Shown here piece by piece: positions 58,186-64,000 of a DNA stretch of 64,000 nucleotides. The notes under the pieces were generated by a model. The model ran no database searches. It had not been told where the DNA came from and was given only the letters and a program-made list of their open reading frames with translations. The stretch spans positions 186,186,001-186,250,000 of the forward strand of contig OZ024743.1 in NCBI GenBank assembly GCA_964016885.1, in the 5' to 3' direction. The DNA is from Eledone cirrhosa. Taxonomy: Eukaryota. A program made the position numbers and the translations under genes. Every line of letters begins with the position of its first letter. Positions within the stretch are counted from its first letter, which is position 1.

Positions 58186-61100
58186 ATGACCTCACTCAGA
58201 ATAGGCAGCATAAATGCGCGTGGCTTGGCGTCGTCATGGAAGCAGGGCCACCTGCTCAACAACCTCAGGTCACTAAACATAGATGTAGTGGCCATCAGCG
58301 AGACCAGAATCTCCGAAGCACGGCCCTTCGCACTGATCTTCGGCAGCTACGATGTGTACGCATCTCCCAGCCGTCCTGGATCGGGGGGAGGAGTTGCTGT
58401 GCTTTTTCAGAGAGGTTTGGATCTCGCCATACGGGCCATCTTCCTGGACCCAGAAAGTAAGTTGGTGGTGCTAGACGTGACCAACGGAGACGGGCAAGCT
58501 TTCAGGCTAGTGGCCGTCTATGCTCCGACAGGAGCAGGGCGGCCTGATTTCTTCCGGCGTCTGGAGACCTTTCTTGGAACGTCCCGCTCTTTAGTGTTAG
58601 TGGGCGACTGGAACGGGATCTTAGATGCACGCTGGGACTGTGTGGGATTAGCAGATAGGGGAGGAGGGTGCAAGAGCCTCACCAACCTGCTCAGGCGTTT
58701 TGAATTGTCTGACAGGTACCGATTGGATTTCCCGAATGTGCCAATGTGGACTTGGACAAACCGCATAGGGTCATCCAGATCATATCTAGATAGAGTATTT
58801 TGTAGGGAAATAGAGAGGTCTAGCATAGGCTGTCCACAATTCAAGATAGTCAGCTACACGGACCACAAATTTGTGATCTGTGTGCTTGACTTAGATAGGC
58901 TTCATAGACGAGGACCCGGCTACTGGAAGTTAAACGCGTCCTTACCAGCGCGCAAGGCCTACAGAGACCGGATTAGCGAACTAGTTAAGCGGGCGTTGAC
59001 GGGGGCCATCGTCAACAACAAGTGGTGGCTTGCTCTGAAAAGACCGATTAGAATAGAGTCCATTAGGTTCAGTAAGGCTTTAGCAATAGAGAAAAATAGA
59101 GCAGAGGGAGAACTAGTTAGAAAATTAGACGAGGCGCTTAGCAAAGGCATCGCGACCGACGTACTTGCAGCAAAATTGGCCATTGGCCAATTCTTCAATG
59201 CAAAGCACGAAGGCTGCGTTGTCAGAGCTAGGGTGCGTGCTCTGACACGAGGGGACAAAAACCGTTCAATGGGCCCGAGTGGCGGAGGTGCGTTGTGGCA
59301 ACAAAGCCACGATCCGGTCTTTGGTGGACCACGACGGGCGCATGCTACTCGATCCCGGGCTGTTCGGGGCAGCGGCGGGCCGGATCGAGGGATGGACTTT
59401 AGTGTCTACCTCGACGGACAGCCGCGGCTCTCGGCCACTGAGGCGGAGTGTTGCGAAAAGCCGATAACAGCCGCTGAAGTATGGGAGGCAATGACTGGCT
59501 ACACAAGGGGTAAATCGCCTGGTTTGGATGGTCTGCCCTATGAACTTTACGTACAGATGCCAGACTTGTTCGGAGGCCTCTTGGCGGACGTCTACTGCAA
59601 CTGGCAACAGAACGGGAGAATTCCCAGTTCTGTGAGCCGAGGAGCGGTGGCGCTGCTGAGAAAGGATCCGAAGAAGGGGGATAACATAGATAATTTCAGG
59701 CCCATAACTCTGCTAAACACAGAGTTCAAGATTTTGGCCAAGCTGCGAGCAAAGAGGTTGGCGCTTGTCGTTGGTGGTCTGGTGGGAGAGGCGCAGACAT
59801 GCGCCATTCCCGACAGATCCATCCATGACAACCTCCACCTCATGCGAAACATCGTAGAGAGGGTAGCTAGGGAACCTGGCACGGGTGGGTCCTTGATCAA
59901 TTTAGATCAGTTGAAAGCTTTCGATAGGGTCGACCATCATTATCTGGCGGCAGTCCTGAGGGCGGCTGGCTTTGGGCCCGTCTTCAGAGGCTAGATCGCT
60001 GCCATGCACAGTGACATCTGCTCTGTGGTGAGAGTGAACGGTCATCTTTCGGAACCGTTCAACATCATGCGCTTGGTTCGCCAAGAATGTCCTCTCTCGC
60101 CCCTCTTGTACGTATTGACTCTCAAGCCATTACTGCACAAACTGGAGACGTTGAGGGGGGTCCCGCGCGAACTAGGATGTGGAAGATCCGTGTCAGCATA
60201 TGCGGACAATGTGACCGTAGTGGTGTCGAACGCCAAACACATCGAGGCGATCGGCACTACACTAAGAGAATACGAAGTGGTGACAAGAGCAATGATCAAC
60301 CAGGAAAAGTCAGTGGGCCTGCAGCTCGGCACCTGGAGAGGCAGTTCCATGCCATCCAACAGCGTCGTCGGGCGCTGGATGGACGGACCGGTTAAATTGC
60401 TAGGGGCCTGGTTTGGTCCGGACCTCCAGACGGACAAAAACTGGGACGAGGTGACGAGCAGGGTGGCTTCTCTCACCCAGAAATGGGCCGAGAGGAAGCT
60501 ATCCCTGAAAGGTCGAGCGGAGGTGGCTAACGCGTACATCGCGTCCGTCATCTACTACCGCCTGACCGTCGTACCTTGTCCTAAGCCCCGCCTGACTGCG
60601 CTGGAGCGTTTGCTCTTTCGCTTTTTGTGGAAGGGACGCGCTCCGATGGTCAGGCAGTCCATCTGCTGTCAACACCCGCTACGTGGAGGGCTGGGCATGC
60701 CGTGGCTGATGATGCGCAGACACGCGCTCAGGCTACGACATCTCCACCTCTTCCTCGACGGTGGTCAGGTGTGGTCGCCGTTTGCTAGATGCGTCTTTCC
60801 CCAGCTCGTCTCTTTGACAAAGCTGCAGTCCTGGGTCAAGCGAAGACCGAGAGGGAGCGCTTGGAGACTGGAATGTCTTCAGGCGCTCACAGCCCTCGAC
60901 CAATCGGGCAATGTGATCGGTAGAAACTCCACCTTGGCGTTCTATAGAAGATTAGTGGAGGGGAGGAGCGACGATGTACTTGGAGAAACTCTAGCCGTCG
61001 ACGAAAATCAACTAGCCAATCTCTTCGGAAGAACTTTCGGACCTGGGCCTATGGACAACTTCCAGAAATCCCTGGCCTGGCAGTGCTACCAAGGAGCTTT

Positions 61101-61569
61101 GCCAGTTCGGGATAAACTCTACAGGCATGGAGGTGCCGTCAGCCGGGCATGTCCGAGATGCGCGCAGGGCGACGAAACCGTCCTGCACGCACTTGTCCAG
61201 TGTCCGAGCATTGCTGACTTGTGGGTTTATGTCGAACACCTGCTGTCGCGTGTAGGACGGATCCAGCTATCAGCTGAGTCCATCGTGAGGATTGCCCCGC
61301 CCTCTTCCTTTAGCCGGGAAGGGCAGGCAGTTTTTATCTGTCTGGTGGCCATGGCGAAAGAGATAGTATGGTGGACACGTTTAAAAGGGCTGAAGATGAG
61401 CACTTACCTCTTCGGTGATGCCCTGATTAACCTTTTCAAATTTCATTTGAAAAGGAAAATCAGGGTAGAGAGAGAAGTGCTCTCTTCCCAGCATTTTGTT
61501 GAAAGATGGGTGAGAGAGGTAAGAATGGCCCGAGTGAATGGGCCTACTGAGTATGTGTCTGTAAATTAA
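58186..61569 (+). pseudogene. Tx1/L1 ORF2 (AP endonuclease + reverse transcriptase), disrupted
   Basis: SINARGL, SET, GDWN, YLDR, TDH (APE); KSPGLDG, FRPITLLN, KAFDRV, PLSPLL, YADN (RT); in-frame TAG at 59992-59994 at a normally Trp position; apparent compensating frameshifts ~59250-59370. Confidence 0.9.
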
Positions 61570-61802
61570 AGGTGGAAAACTGGGAGAGGGCACTTGCCCT
61601 GGTGGTCAGGGTCACTGTGGCTTTTTAATGGGCTTTCTCCACGAATGTCCCTTGGAAGTTTCCCCCGTATTGGGGAATTTTTCATTGCTATTTTCTTGTT
61701 ACATCCTCTGTTTTTGTTTTTTACACGCAGAAATGCCCATTTGTACCGTCCTGTATTGTCCTGTACTGTCTACTTTATGTAAACCCTTGTGGTTAATAAA
61801 GA

Positions 61803-61833
<31 letters not shown>

Positions 61834-62370
61834 GTTCTTTGAGTCTCAGTCATTGATGTTAGTTAACTGGAAAGTTTGTTGAAATGAATATAAGCCACTA
61901 CCTGCAGCCTCAGATATTCAGGACGTATTGGAGGGTTCTTGCTGTTCCCAGCAAGCATGCCTTTTGAAGCATTCCAAAAAGCGTGGCGGGGCCAATTTTC
62001 TTTAACCATCCCTGGAAACTTTTTGAGACAGTACCTAGTGCGCCTATGACAATCGGGACCACTTTGACTTCATGGCAGTTCCAAATCCTTTTTACCTCCC
62101 ACTTTAAGTCCTGGTATCGGTTAATTTTCTCCCTCTCCTTCTCTTGCACCCTCGTGTCGAATGGGCAGGCCACATCCACAATCAGGCACGATCTTTTTTC
62201 CTTGTCCAAAACCACCAGGTCAGGTCTATTGTGTTCCAGTTTCTTGTCCGTCTGTATCCTAAAATCTCACAGGACCTTCACCTGATCGTTTTCTATCACC
62301 GACTCTGGCTTATGCTCATACCACTTCTCAGAATGTGGTAAATTGTTTACTTTGCATAGGTGCCAGTGGA
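61834..62370 (-). mobile_element. Second R4/Dong-like 3' fragment (different family)
   Basis: RPDLVVLDK..IVDVACP..EKINRYQDL..VPIVIGALG..QKACLLGTA. Confidence 0.85.
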
Positions 62371-62387
62371 TCACCCTGCCCATCACT

Positions 62388-64000
62388 ATTATTATTATTA
62401 TTTGCATTTATCTTGCTTTATGTTTATACGAGTTATCACCAAGTCACAACCAGTGACCTCAAGAGACAACAAGGTCCGCCATGTTCAAGAAAGAACATAC
62501 ATATTCACACATGCATCCTTAGTGTTTAGACTTGTGATGTACTTATATTGACAGGATCTTCCTTAGTATATGGGCAGTTCCCATTAGTACTATCTTTTGT
62601 ATTTCTCCTATACGCGGGTTTCCTGGGATTTGCGATAAGTAGTCGTTAGACCCCTTAGGTATCATTCCCAGAGCGCCTACAACCACTGGTATTGTTTTAG
62701 TTCTCAATTTCCACATTTTTCCAATTTCTATCTCCAGGTCCTTATACTTGCTCAATTTTTCAAATGTTTTTATAGATACATTCTTGTCTATTGGAACAGA
62801 CATATCAATTAGCAGGCATACCCTCCTTTGAAAGTCCTTCAATATTATATCAGGTCTATTTGCATCTATTTTTCGGTCTGTTTGGATGCTAAAGTTCCAC
62901 AAGATTGAGATGTGATCTTTTTCAAGTATGGGAGGTGGTTGATGCTCCCACCAATTCTTTTGATGGGGCAGGTCAAAATGCTTACACATTATCCAATGTA
63001 TGTATTGTGCAGCTCTGTCATGCCTGTTTAGGTATTCGGTTGGAGCTATAGGACTGCACATTGAAATTATATGGTCAATGGTCTCTGGTTGTTTTTTGCA
63101 TACACGGCATAATGGGCTGCACCCATTTTTTATTATGTTGGCTTGGTAATTTTTTGTTAGCAGACACTGATCTTGTGCGGATATAATCAGTCCTTCAGTC
63201 TCCGATTTCAGTCCAGAGGATGCCAACCACTGATGGGTTAAAGTTTTGTCAACATCAGGATTGTTAGCTCGCTCTGGGTATTTTCCATACAGAGGCTTTT
63301 CTTGCCATTTCTTAGCCAGTTTCTGTAGCAGTTCTTTCTTTGCAGTTACTTTTACCTGCTTTGCTTTTTCTGTGTTTTCCATTTCAGCAGTAAATGGGAC
63401 TTCTGAAATTTGTAGTCCATTACTGTATCTTTGTGCATCTTTTGTAATGGAATATGATCTTTTGGTGCTTTCGTGTTTCAAAACGAGTTTGATCATCCAA
63501 TCATGTGATTCCCTTAGATATGTGGATAATCCAATTGTTGCAGTTTTCAACGCAATGTCTAACTGGATTAACCCACGTCCTCCTTCTTTCCTAGGGAGAT
63601 ATATTCTATCTATGTCTGCCTTAGGGTGATGCATTCTGTGCATGGTTAAGAATTTTCGGATTTTTGTATCGAGCCTACGGATCTCTGTGCTTGACCAGTT
63701 GATGACATTGTAACTGTAGGTTACTACTGGTATGGCAAGCGTGTTTATGGCATCGATCCTATTCCTTGCATTCAATTCCGTTCTTAAGATTGCTCTGACT
63801 CTGCGGTAACATTCCTTCCTTATCCTTTCCCTCATTGTCGAGTGCTTGATTCCGTCTCCTTCACAAACACCTAGATATTTGTAAGTTTGTTCTTGATCAA
63901 TCTCTCTTATCACGTTCCCCCGATCAAGATTAATGTCTGAACTCTTCAGCAGCTTTCCTCTGGTGAACGTTGCTTTGGTGCATTTATCCAGTCCAAACTC
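62388..64000 (-). mobile_element. R4/Dong-clade non-LTR retrotransposon, 3' part (RT end + restriction-like endonuclease), ORF 62543..>63913
   Basis: YKYLG, CRVC-x7-H-x4-C, RHD, RPDI, K..KY motifs; 3' UTR ends in (AAT)n; runs off the window. Confidence 0.9.

Larger units (their letters stand above)
56045..61833 (+). mobile_element. Near full-length Tx1/L1-clade non-LTR retrotransposon inserted in (ATT)n
   Basis: ORF1 + ORF2 (APE, RT, C-terminal CxxC..H..C), 3' UTR with AATAAA and (TAT)n tail; (TTA)n at the 5' flank. Confidence 0.92.

Overview
AT-rich, microsatellite-laden animal genomic DNA; the SINE/LINE repertoire looks like an octopus/cephalopod (inference). The window holds the last eight coding exons of a minus-strand voltage-gated Ca2+ channel alpha2/delta (CACNA2D3/4-like) gene (48984->18749). 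All splice phases join in frame, including a 26-nt microexon, a ~10 kb minor-spliceosome (U12) GT-AG intron and a C-terminal GPI-type hydrophobic tail. The introns and flanks are filled with tRNA-derived SINEs, RTE, CR1, CRE, R4/Dong and Tx1/L1 non-LTR retrotransposons and MITEs. The most striking hidden structure is a set of at least eight fold-back (palindromic) inserts sitting in (TA)n tracts, mostly unrelated in sequence but sharing one architecture: one arm abuts the TA tract and the other runs into a unique 40-165 nt tail. Most carry type I hammerhead ribozyme cores (intact or decayed) in both arms, one per strand, and one retains a Penelope GIY-YIG fragment. Almost all other ORFs in the track are (TA)n/(CA)n artefacts.
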